Below, piece after piece: positions 35,255 through 43,826 of a stretch of DNA of 57,148 bases. Position 1 is the stretch's first letter. The number at the start of each line of letters is the position of its first letter. A program made the position numbers and the translations under genes. The stretch is from positions 1 to 57,148 of the forward strand of contig CAZTWW010000002.1 of assembly GCA_964618165.1 (NCBI GenBank). Reading direction: 5' to 3'. Source of the DNA: an uncultured Candidatus Saccharibacteria bacterium. GTDB lineage: Bacteria > Patescibacteriota > Minisyncoccia > Phycocordibacterales > UBA918. The notes beneath the pieces are model-generated. The model worked only from the letters and a program-made list of their open reading frames with translations. It ran no database searches and was not told the origin of the DNA.

Positions 35255-35358
35255 GTCGATCTCCCTTCTCTCATGATTTTATCATAGAGAATGTATGTTC
35301 ATAGTCGAAGGTGACTCGTTTTCTTTTCACCCATTATCCGCTATAGTACGATTATCGT

Positions 35359-36411
35359 ATGGCAAAAACTGTCTTTGTCGGACTTTCAGGAGGCGTCGAC
35401 TCATCGGTCGCGGCCCTTCGTCTCAAAAACCAGGGCTATCACGTCGTCGGGGTCTTTATTAAAGTCTGGCACCCAGATTGGCTTGTCTGTAACTGGGAAG
35501 AGGAGCGTCTTGATGCGATGCGCGTCGCGGCACACCTTGAGATACCATTTCTCACCTGTGACGCTGAGGCAGCGTACCGGGACGAGGTCGCACACTACTT
35601 TATTGAGAGCTACCGAGCAGGGAAGACACCAAATCCAGACGTGATGTGTAACCAATCGGTCAAGTTTGGGGCGTTTATGGAATTCGCAAAAGCGAAGGGC
35701 GCGGATTATGTTGCAACTGGGCACTACGCTCGCAAGGGTGAGGACGGAGCACTCCTGCGTGGTGTCGACAATAATAAAGACCAGTCGTACTTCCTCTGGA
35801 CACTCTCGAAAGAGCAGCTCGACTTCACCCTCTTCCCAGTCGGCGATACCCCAAAGCCAGATATCCGCGCCGAAGCAGAAGCAGCTGGTCTCCCAACCGC
35901 GGTAAAGAAAGATAGTCAAGGGGTATGCTTCCTCGGGCATATCGATATCCCAGAATTTCTTGGTCACTACATCGACCTCGTACCAGGGCCAGTAGTTGAT
36001 GAAAGTGGGACAACCATCGGCGAGCACCAGGGAGCCTTCGTGTACACCCTCGGCCAACGGCACGGCTACACCATCACGAAAAAGGGAAGTGACAGCCTCC
36101 CACACTATGTAGTCGGGAAGAATATTGAAACAAATACCATCACCGTGAGCACCACACCACCAACACTCACTGAAGACGAGACCTTTACACTCACTAATAT
36201 CGTCTGGCGAGGGAGTCGTCCGTTCACGGTCGGAGACACGTACGAAGCGCAGTCACGCTACCGGCAGACACCATACACCGTTACTATCACCGAGGTTGGG
36301 GAGGGGACTCTCACCCTAAAGCCAGAGACTACCACTGATAAGCCTGCAAGCGGACAATCCTGTGTATTATATGACAAAGCCGTCTGTCTCGGGGGTGGTA
36401 TGATGCTGTAG
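35359..36411 (+). CDS. mnmA: tRNA 2-thiouridylase MnmA
   Basis: PP-loop 'GLSGGVDSSV', 'NPDVMCN', 'DQSYFL'. Confidence 0.95.
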   Translation: MAKTVFVGLSGGVDSSVAALRLKNQGYHVVGVFIKVWHPDWLVCNWEEERLDAMRVAAHLEIPFLTCDAEAAYRDEVAHYFIESYRAGKTPNPDVMCNQSVKFGAFMEFAKAKGADYVATGHYARKGEDGALLRGVDNNKDQSYFLWTLSKEQLDFTLFPVGDTPKPDIRAEAEAAGLPTAVKKDSQGVCFLGHIDIPEFLGHYIDLVPGPVVDESGTTIGEHQGAFVYTLGQRHGYTITKKGSDSLPHYVVGKNIETNTITVSTTPPTLTEDETFTLTNIVWRGSRPFTVGDTYEAQSRYRQTPYTVTITEVGEGTLTLKPETTTDKPASGQSCVLYDKAVCLGGGMML

Positions 36412-37268
36412 TGTCATTTCGCGTTCTTAAAGCTGATGGAACATCAGAGTACTTTAAAGTAGAGAAGCTTCGTCGGTCACTCCGGCGTGCTGGCGCGTCA
36501 CAAAACGAGATAAACGATATCATCGATCGGATTGAGACGAGACTCTTTGACGGGATGCGTACCCAAGAAATCTACCGCATCGCCTTTGACCTCCTGCGGG
36601 AGACCGGGCAGACGGTGGCAACGCGATACTCACTTAGGCGTGCGCTCCTTGGTCTCGGGCCAACCGGCTTTCCGTTTGAGCTCTTTCTCGGGAAGCTCTT
36701 TGCGGCCGAAGGCTATACCACAAAGACCGGTATCGAACTTATCGGCCACTGTGCCCCACATGAGATAGATATCGCTGCCTATAGGCCGGACCATAGCTTC
36801 ATTGGTGAGGCAAAGTTCCATTCTCGACCGGGTATCAAAACAGACCTCCAGGTCGCCATGTATTCATATGCTCGCTTACTTGATCTCCGCGATGTGCGGA
36901 TATGTACCGATGATATCTGTGGGATTAAAGAGTTTTGGCTCATCACGAACACCAAGTTCACCACCACTGCCGAAAAGTATGGCGCGTGTGTGGGTATCAG
37001 TATGCTGAGCTGGGATTACCCCCGCCGTAATAACCTCCATGACCGCATTCAGCGGGCTGGTGTCTATCCGGTAACGGTACTACAATCACTGTCTCATAAT
37101 CATTCCCTTAGCCTCATGGCAGCTGGGGTGGTCACCTGTGGTGACATTATCGAATCACCACACCACCTCCGTACCCTCCATCTGCCAGAGGAACGTCGCC
37201 AGGCAATCGTGCGCGAGGCCCAATCACTCATCTCCGCCCACCGCACCAGCGCACAGATGCCAGCCTAG
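36411..37268 (+). CDS. ATP-cone domain protein fused to an Mrr-like (PD-(D/E)xK) restriction-endonuclease domain
   Basis: N-terminal 'VLKADGTSEYFKVEKLRRSLRRAG...' is ATP-cone-like. 'FELFLGKLFAAEGY...HEIDIAAY...FIGEAKFH' is Mrr_cat-like. GTG start shares 1 nt with the mnmA stop (TAGTG). Confidence 0.65.
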   Translation: MSFRVLKADGTSEYFKVEKLRRSLRRAGASQNEINDIIDRIETRLFDGMRTQEIYRIAFDLLRETGQTVATRYSLRRALLGLGPTGFPFELFLGKLFAAEGYTTKTGIELIGHCAPHEIDIAAYRPDHSFIGEAKFHSRPGIKTDLQVAMYSYARLLDLRDVRICTDDICGIKEFWLITNTKFTTTAEKYGACVGISMLSWDYPRRNNLHDRIQRAGVYPVTVLQSLSHNHSLSLMAAGVVTCGDIIESPHHLRTLHLPEERRQAIVREAQSLISAHRTSAQMPA

Positions 37269-37340
37269 GTCAACCTTCTCAGGGTTTTTTATACCGTGGT
37301 ATACTAGCGGCATTAACCCTTCAAACGAAGTTACGACAAT

Positions 37341-37874
37341 ATGACAGACGTGCAAAAAGAAGAAACTCAGAAGACCGTTGTATCATTTATCTTTGGACTC
37401 CTCATCGGTGGACTCCTCGTATGGGCTTTCATGGGCGGCGACGCACAAGGACCAACCCCGAAGGATACAGAAGGAGACAAGACTGAAATGAGTACCTCAA
37501 CTGAAGCTACCGAGACCAGTACCTCAACTGAAGCTGCAGCACCAGCCCCAACCCTCCCAGTCGGAGAAGGTAAGGTCACCATTGCCAATATGGCCGCAGG
37601 TCGCACCGTAATGCTCGGTGAGACCACCTTCCCAATCGAAGAAGGCTGGATCGGTGTCCGTGAGTACAACGACGGCAAGCTCGGCTTTATTAACGGTGTA
37701 ATCCGCTTTAGTAAGGCAGGTAACGTAGTCCCAACCAGTATTCCACTCGTGACCCCAACTCGCGCTGGCCGTGAGTACGCAGTAGTCATGTTTACCGAAG
37801 GCGGTGACAAGGCGTTTAATTCTGCAACAGACAAGCAGATTGATACTATCTTCACCACCTTTAAGGCTGAGTAA
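37341..37874 (+). CDS. Hypothetical N-terminally anchored secreted protein
   Basis: TM helix, a low-complexity 'STSTEATETSTSTEA' linker, then a beta-rich domain. Followed by a strong terminator. Confidence 0.55.
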   Translation: MTDVQKEETQKTVVSFIFGLLIGGLLVWAFMGGDAQGPTPKDTEGDKTEMSTSTEATETSTSTEAAAPAPTLPVGEGKVTIANMAAGRTVMLGETTFPIEEGWIGVREYNDGKLGFINGVIRFSKAGNVVPTSIPLVTPTRAGREYAVVMFTEGGDKAFNSATDKQIDTIFTTFKAE

Positions 37875-37884
37875 GTACAACTCT

Positions 37885-37922
37885 CACAACGGCCGGTCAC
37901 CGCAAAGTGACCGGCCGTTGTG
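37885..37922 (+). terminator. Hairpin terminator (16-bp perfect stem)
   Basis: cacaacggccggtcac-cgcaaa-gtgaccggccgttgtg. It ends 1 nt before TATACT of the next gene. Confidence 0.7.
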
Positions 37923-37936
37923 TTATACTCATAAAT

Positions 37937-38719
37937 ATGGCCGAATACGTAAAGAAGTACAACCCAAATCGCAGTGCTGAGTGGAATTATGGGGGAGCGA
38001 AGTGGCGACTTTCACGCTCGAAGATAGAGTTTTTTGTGGAGTGTCCACGCTGTTTCTACCTTGATAACAAACTCGGTACAAAGCGACCAGGAATGCCAAG
38101 CTTCAATCTGAATATCGCGGTTGATGAGCTCCTTAAAAAGGAGTTTGATGCATTGCGTGTCTCGGGTGAGCGTCACCCTATAGCAGAGTCATACAATATT
38201 GATGCTGTCCCATTTGCCCACAAAGATATGGATACGTGGCGTGATAACTTTGTCGGGATTGAGTACCGTCACGAAGCGACTGGTCTCGTAGTCTCTGGTG
38301 CAGTAGATGATATCTGGCAACAACCTGACGGCACACTCATTGTCATCGACTACAAGGCCACCTCAAAAGAGGGACAGATTGTCACCCTCGATGATTCATC
38401 ATGGGGTGCGCAGTACGCCCGGCAAATGGGTGTGTACCAGTGGCTCCTCCGACAAAACGGCTTTACGGTCAGTGATACGGGGTACTTTGTGTACGCGAAT
38501 GCACTCAAGGATCAAGACGGCTTTTTTGATACGCTCCACTTTGATACGACGCTCGTCCCGTGCGTCGGGGACACAAGCTGGATTGAACCAACCCTCACCG
38601 AGATAAAGGCAACTCTTGAATCACCGATGTACCCGGACAGTGGGAAGGCGTGCGAGTACTGTCCGTACCGTGAAGCCTGTGGCCAGAAGCTTATCGCTAT
38701 CAAAAAAGCCAATAATTAA
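37937..38719 (+). CDS. PD-(D/E)xK nuclease, Cas4/RecB-like with four Cys
   Basis: 'CPRCFY' near the N-terminus and 'CEYCPYREAC' at the C-terminus. 'VIDYKATSK' (DxK). 'YARQMGVYQWLL' (QxxxY). Confidence 0.65.
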   Translation: MAEYVKKYNPNRSAEWNYGGAKWRLSRSKIEFFVECPRCFYLDNKLGTKRPGMPSFNLNIAVDELLKKEFDALRVSGERHPIAESYNIDAVPFAHKDMDTWRDNFVGIEYRHEATGLVVSGAVDDIWQQPDGTLIVIDYKATSKEGQIVTLDDSSWGAQYARQMGVYQWLLRQNGFTVSDTGYFVYANALKDQDGFFDTLHFDTTLVPCVGDTSWIEPTLTEIKATLESPMYPDSGKACEYCPYREACGQKLIAIKKANN

Positions 38720-38767
38720 GCCGTCTCCCTAGGACCGGCCTCGGGAGACTGAACAGTGAGAACACAC

Positions 38768-39031
38768 ATGACAACATTCAAAGATGCAGTGCGTGACGTA
38801 GTACGCAATATTCCAAAAGGGGAGGTCTTGTCCTATGGAGAAGTCGCGACTCGCGCCGGCTACCCGCGGGCTGCCCGGGCGGTCGCGAGCCTCATGGCGA
38901 AGAATTATGACCCAACCATACCGTGCCATCGGGTAGTGCGGAGCGACGGCACCCCGGGCGAATATAACCGCGGTGGTGTGGAGGTAAAACGTGCGATTTT
39001 GAAAAAAGAGGGGTATACTTTTACGATATAA
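38768..39031 (+). CDS. MGMT/Ogt-family DNA-binding/alkyltransferase domain protein
   Basis: 'IPKGEVLSYGEVA' and the active-site 'PCHRVV'. It has only the C-terminal domain (87 aa). Confidence 0.8.
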   Translation: MTTFKDAVRDVVRNIPKGEVLSYGEVATRAGYPRAARAVASLMAKNYDPTIPCHRVVRSDGTPGEYNRGGVEVKRAILKKEGYTFTI

Positions 39032-39033
39032 CT

Positions 39034-39333
39034 ATGGCGTACCAATCACCACACAGTGATACTCGCTTGCGAGCACTGCAGACCGACCTCAACAACCTTA
39101 TTAACGGTCAGCGCGACATGCTGAATGACATTTCAAGTCTCCGCTCAAAAAAGGAAGCAGCGATTCAGCGCATTACCCGTGAATACGACACTGAGATTGA
39201 ATACCTCGAACGTAAGCGTAAAACCGCAGAAAGTAAAATCCCCGATATTCAGCGACAGATTGACCGCCGGCAACAGGAACTCGATGCAGAAGCCGCCCGC
39301 AATGCGAAATCATCAATGTTTGGCCGACGCTAA
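39034..39333 (+). CDS. Hypothetical coiled-coil protein
   Basis: Charged heptad-like sequence, 99 aa. Confidence 0.45.
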   Translation: MAYQSPHSDTRLRALQTDLNNLINGQRDMLNDISSLRSKKEAAIQRITREYDTEIEYLERKRKTAESKIPDIQRQIDRRQQELDAEAARNAKSSMFGRR

Positions 39334-39350
39334 TTCCAGATTCTATAATT

Positions 39351-39947
39351 ATGTACTCCTATCGCATTGAACAAGCCATTCGTGCTGCCGCCGTCCTCCA
39401 TCACGATCAAAATCGTAAAGGTTCGATGCCATTTCCATACATCACCCACCTGATGTCGGTCGCGTTCATCCTCCACGACTATACGGACAATGAGGACGTC
39501 ATTGTCGCAGCCCTGCTCCATGATGCGATCGAGGATACGGACTACACTCTGGAAGAGCTTGAGGAAGACTTCGGCGGTACCGTGCGAGAGCTCGTTGATG
39601 CACTCTCAGAGAAGAAAACCGATGGTGACCGCAAGCTCACGTGGGCTGAAAAGAAAAAAGGCTACGCAGCACAACTGAAGAAAGGACCGAAAGAAGCTGT
39701 CATGATTGCCGCCGCCGACAAAGCCCACAACTTCCGCACGATCGTCGAAGAGTACTACGAGGCGCCACATCGCTTCCTTCAAGACTTTGGAAAAAATCTC
39801 GATGAACGAATCGAGGTCTATCAGACCATCGCCAACGTCATCAACAACCGTCTCGAAGGTCCACTCCTCAACGAATTTAATCACGTATTTGAAAGCTACA
39901 AAGAATTTATCTATGCCGTCCAAAAAAGCCAAGAAAAAGAGTTTTAA
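39351..39947 (+). CDS. HD-domain (RelA/SpoT-type) small alarmone hydrolase-like protein
   Basis: 'AAAVLHHDQNRKGSMPFPYITHLMSVA', 'AALLHDAIEDT'. Confidence 0.7.
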   Translation: MYSYRIEQAIRAAAVLHHDQNRKGSMPFPYITHLMSVAFILHDYTDNEDVIVAALLHDAIEDTDYTLEELEEDFGGTVRELVDALSEKKTDGDRKLTWAEKKKGYAAQLKKGPKEAVMIAAADKAHNFRTIVEEYYEAPHRFLQDFGKNLDERIEVYQTIANVINNRLEGPLLNEFNHVFESYKEFIYAVQKSQEKEF

Positions 39948-41745
39948 TTACACCCCAGCAACCAACCTTGCGCCCATTACACCAGTCGATACCTGGCAGC
40001 TTGTTACCCAGTACTACACGAGTCACAACGATCCAAAGATTGAGGCGGATGTAAAATCCGCTGAGACCGCCTACCGTGCCTTTGCGAAGAAGTGGCGAAC
40101 TAAGTCGTTTACCACCGATGCTGAAGTACTCGCACAAGCACTGAAGGAAAGTGAAAAAATCGCCGGCAATCCTGCCTTCTCACGCCCACTCCGGTACTTT
40201 TCACTCGTCACCGCGCTTAATACCGGTGATAGTGAGGCAGAGAAGCAGATTTCACTCATCCAGCGTCGCCTCCGCAAGGCGAGCGATGAGACACTCTTCT
40301 TTAGTCTCGAGCTCGGCAAAGTACCAAAAGCCACCCAAAAAGAGTTCCTCAAGCATGAGGCCCTGACGCCATACCGCTACTACCTCGAGCGACTCTTTGC
40401 CGGAGCAGCGCACCACCTCAGTGAAGCAGAAGAAAAAATCATCAGTCTCAAGAGCCGGCAAGCATATGGTCGCTGGACTGACATGACCGATAAGATAGTG
40501 AGCCAGCGACACATTACCTGGAAGGGTAAGTCGATTGCTATCCCGGAAGCGATTGAGACGGTCAATATCCTGCCTTTTACCGAGAAGCCTAAGCTTTGGG
40601 GTCTCATTACCAAAGAGCTCGGACAAATTAGTGAGGTAGCAGAGCATGAGTTTAATGCCATCATCACCGACGTCCGGACTGAAGACGAACTCCGCGGGTA
40701 CAAGAAGCCGTACAGCGCTACTGTCCAGAGCTACCAAGACACCGAAGACGCCGTGGAGCGCCTCGTCGCTGCCGTATCAGATACCGGATTCAAGCTCAGT
40801 CATAAGTTCTACAAGCTTAAGGCGAAGATTCACGGAGTTGAACAGCTTGAGTACAGTCAGCGTAACGAGAGTGCTGGCGCTGGCATCACCATTTCGTACG
40901 ACGAAGCGGTCGAGATATGCCGTGACGTCTTTTATCGCGTCCACACCGACTACGGCGCTTTCTTCGACCACATGCTCGAAGGTGGGCAGATAGACGTCTG
41001 GCCACGAGGAGGGAAGACTGGTGGGGCATTTATGTCCGCACAAACCGGCCACCCGATTAACGTGATGCTGAATCACGTCACAAACTTTGGTTCACTTGAA
41101 ACCCTCGCCCATGAAATGGGGCACGCTATTCACGCGATGCGGAGTGCCACCCAGTCACCATTCTACGACGGACACTCGATCGTCACGGCCGAGACTGCGA
41201 GCACACTCTTTGAAAACCTCGTGTTTGATGCGGTATATGCTCAGGTGAGTGAAGCAGATAAGGCGATACTCCTCCACGACCGTATTCTCCGCGATATCTC
41301 GACTATCCAGCGTCAGATAGCATTCTTTAATGCCGAGCTTGAGATTCACAACACCATTCACCAGGCTGGCGGTATGAGTGGGGAAGAGCTCCGTGCCTGT
41401 ATGGAAAAGCACCTCAAGTCCTACCTCGGACCAGCGGTCAATGTCCGTAAAGAAGACGGGTATAGCTACGTGTACATCGGACACCTCCGCTACGGCTTTT
41501 ATGTCTACTCCTATGCCTACGGTCTCATGATGAGTAGTATCATGGCAAAGAAGTACAAGGAGGATAATGCGTATGTCACGAAGATTGACGAGTTCCTCCG
41601 CCTCGGTGAGTCGATGCTCATCAAAGATATCTACAAGCGTATCGGTATCGACACCACAAAGCCTGATACGTTTACAGTCGCCCTTGAACGACTCGCTGAA
41701 GATATCAAAGCCTACGAGACTCTCCTCAAGAAACAATCTAAATAA
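39913..41745 (+). CDS. pepF: Oligoendopeptidase F (M3B family)
   Basis: Zinc motif 'HEMGHAIH'. 610 aa. The ATG at 39913 overlaps the previous gene by 35 nt. The track ORF starts at 39706. Confidence 0.85.
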   Translation: MPSKKAKKKSFNYTPATNLAPITPVDTWQLVTQYYTSHNDPKIEADVKSAETAYRAFAKKWRTKSFTTDAEVLAQALKESEKIAGNPAFSRPLRYFSLVTALNTGDSEAEKQISLIQRRLRKASDETLFFSLELGKVPKATQKEFLKHEALTPYRYYLERLFAGAAHHLSEAEEKIISLKSRQAYGRWTDMTDKIVSQRHITWKGKSIAIPEAIETVNILPFTEKPKLWGLITKELGQISEVAEHEFNAIITDVRTEDELRGYKKPYSATVQSYQDTEDAVERLVAAVSDTGFKLSHKFYKLKAKIHGVEQLEYSQRNESAGAGITISYDEAVEICRDVFYRVHTDYGAFFDHMLEGGQIDVWPRGGKTGGAFMSAQTGHPINVMLNHVTNFGSLETLAHEMGHAIHAMRSATQSPFYDGHSIVTAETASTLFENLVFDAVYAQVSEADKAILLHDRILRDISTIQRQIAFFNAELEIHNTIHQAGGMSGEELRACMEKHLKSYLGPAVNVRKEDGYSYVYIGHLRYGFYVYSYAYGLMMSSIMAKKYKEDNAYVTKIDEFLRLGESMLIKDIYKRIGIDTTKPDTFTVALERLAEDIKAYETLLKKQSK

Positions 41746-41810
41746 CGACCATAGCCAATCGTCATAAATTTGCTATAGTTAGCGAACTAACAGGTAATTT
41801 AGGTAATTTT

Positions 41811-43757
41811 ATGAGTGGTAACGAAATAAGACAGCGATTTTTAGACTACATGGCAAAGCAAGGCCATGCGGTTATTCCGTCGTCACCACTCGTCCCTGAA
41901 AACGACCCAACCACCCTCTTCACCGGCAGTGGCATGCAGCCCCTCATCCCATACCTCATGGGTGAAAAGCACCCAATGGGTACGCGCCTCACAGACTCAC
42001 AGAAGTGTTTCCGCGCGAACGACATCGAAGAGGTCGGTGACAACCGTCACACCACCTTCTTTGAAATGCTCGGCAACTGGTCACTTGGTGACTACTTTAA
42101 GCGCGAGCAACTCCGCTGGTTCTTCACCTTCCTTGTTGACGAAGTCGGGCTTGATCCAGCCCGTATCTACGTCACGGTCTTTGCCGGTGACGAGACGCTC
42201 GGTATTCCACGCGACGATGAGTCGGTCGCTATCTGGAAAGAACTCTTCCTCGAACGAGGTATCGAAGCGAAAGACGTCTATATCGGGAGTGAAGAAGATG
42301 GTTACACCGTCGGTATGCAGGGTGGACGCATCTTCTACTACGACGCTGGCAAAAACTGGTGGAGTCGCAGTGGCAAACCAAGTAATATGCCAGTTGGTGA
42401 AATTGGTGGCCCTGATAGTGAAGTCTTCTATGACTTTGGCCCCGAGCATGCCACTCATCCAGTATTTAGCACCCAAGCTGCTCACCCGAATAGTGACAGC
42501 GGGCAGTTCCTTGAGATTGGAAATTCCGTCTTTATTGAATACATCAAGCAAGAAGATGGTAGTTTTGCGAAGCTTCCACAGAGTAACGTCGACTTTGGTG
42601 GCGGACTTGAGCGTATTGCTGCCGCTAAGGTCGGTAATCCAGACGTGTTCCTCGTCGACCTCCTCCATACGGTCGTGAAGCAGATCGCGAGTCTCTCTGG
42701 CAAGCTCTATATCGGTAACGAGGTCGCCTTCCGTGTCATCACCGACCATATCCGTGGCGCCGTCTTTATGATTGGTGATGGTGTGTATCCAAGTAACGAT
42801 CAGCAGGGGTACTTCGTGCGCCGTCTCCTCCGGCGTGCCGTCCGCTACGCAGACAAGCTCGGTATTGAAGCCGGTAAGTTCGCCGAACTCGCTGAAAGTG
42901 TTATCACAACCTACGAAGCACACTATCCAAATCTCGCAGCAAAGCGCGACGATATCAAATCAGCCATTGCCCGCGAGGAAGAGCAGTTCCGCAAGACACT
43001 CGAAGCTGGACTCAAGCAATTTAATAAAGTCTCGCTCCAAATCCACCTCACGAGCAAAGAGGTTGATGGTAAGAAGGTGATTGATAAGTCGGTTGCACCA
43101 GTGACGAAGCAGGCTATTAATGCAGCCAAGGCCTTTGACCTCTACACCACCTACGGCTTCCCGATTGAACTCACTGAAGAAATCGCGACGGAAAAGGGAC
43201 TCGTTGTCGAACGTGAAGGATTTGAGGCGCTTATGGAAGAGCATCGCGCTAAGAGTCGCGCTGGGGCCGAGCAGAAGTTTAAGGGAGGGCTTGCCGACCA
43301 ATCTGACCAGGTCGTGCAGTACCACACTGCCACCCACCTCATGCTCGCTGGACTCCGCCAGGTACTCGGCACCCACGTCCACCAAGCCGGCTCAAACATC
43401 ACTGGCGAGCGTCTCCGCTACGACATCACCCATCCTGAGAAAATCAGTGATGAAGACCTCCGCAAGGTCGAGGTATTTGTGAACAATGCTATCAAACAGG
43501 GTGGGGAAGTCACCATCAGTATGATGGCCAAGAGCGATGCACAGAACGATCCAACCATTGAAGCCTCTTTCTGGGACCGCTATCCAGATGAAGTAAAGGT
43601 CTATACCATGACCACAAGTGATGGTGTGGTGGTATCAAAAGAGCTCTGTGGTGGCCCACATGTCGAGCGACTCGAAGACGTCAAAGGTACCTTCAAGATT
43701 ACCAAAGAAGAATCCTCATCCGCCGGCGTCCGACGCATCAAGGCAGTACTTGAGTAG
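41811..43757 (+). CDS. alaS: Alanyl-tRNA synthetase, short form (no C-Ala domain)
   Basis: 'NDPTTLFTGSGMQP' and 'FEMLGNWSLGDYFK'. Editing motifs 'HTATHLM' and 'CGGPHV'. 648 aa. Confidence 0.9.
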   Translation: MSGNEIRQRFLDYMAKQGHAVIPSSPLVPENDPTTLFTGSGMQPLIPYLMGEKHPMGTRLTDSQKCFRANDIEEVGDNRHTTFFEMLGNWSLGDYFKREQLRWFFTFLVDEVGLDPARIYVTVFAGDETLGIPRDDESVAIWKELFLERGIEAKDVYIGSEEDGYTVGMQGGRIFYYDAGKNWWSRSGKPSNMPVGEIGGPDSEVFYDFGPEHATHPVFSTQAAHPNSDSGQFLEIGNSVFIEYIKQEDGSFAKLPQSNVDFGGGLERIAAAKVGNPDVFLVDLLHTVVKQIASLSGKLYIGNEVAFRVITDHIRGAVFMIGDGVYPSNDQQGYFVRRLLRRAVRYADKLGIEAGKFAELAESVITTYEAHYPNLAAKRDDIKSAIAREEEQFRKTLEAGLKQFNKVSLQIHLTSKEVDGKKVIDKSVAPVTKQAINAAKAFDLYTTYGFPIELTEEIATEKGLVVEREGFEALMEEHRAKSRAGAEQKFKGGLADQSDQVVQYHTATHLMLAGLRQVLGTHVHQAGSNITGERLRYDITHPEKISDEDLRKVEVFVNNAIKQGGEVTISMMAKSDAQNDPTIEASFWDRYPDEVKVYTMTTSDGVVVSKELCGGPHVERLEDVKGTFKITKEESSSAGVRRIKAVLE

Positions 43758-43779
43758 CGAGCTCTATCCACGACTTTAA

Positions 43780-43811
43780 AAGAATCCGACCAGGCAACTG
43801 GTCGGATTCTT
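43780..43811 (+). terminator. Hairpin terminator (14-bp stem, GCAA loop)
   Basis: aagaatccgaccag-gcaa-ctggtcggattctt. It ends 1 nt before TATACT of the next gene. Confidence 0.7.
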
Positions 43812-43826
43812 GTATACTTGAGGCAT

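Noticed and set aside
37367-37900. A 177-aa antisense ORF that mirrors exactly the 177-aa plus-strand ORF at 37341-37874.
   Set aside because: The plus-strand product has a TM helix, a sensible domain layout, an upstream promoter-like box and a downstream terminator. The antisense product is Ser/Pro/Val-rich low complexity, as expected from codon-bias shadow.
41866-42923. Long alternative-frame (270 aa, +) and antisense (280 aa, -) ORFs inside alaS. Similar cases are 15996-16820 inside the adaptor gene and 35401-36105 inside mnmA.
   Set aside because: They fully overlap confidently identified genes and their compositions are biased or Ser/Arg-rich. They are typical shadow ORFs of GC3-rich coding sequence.
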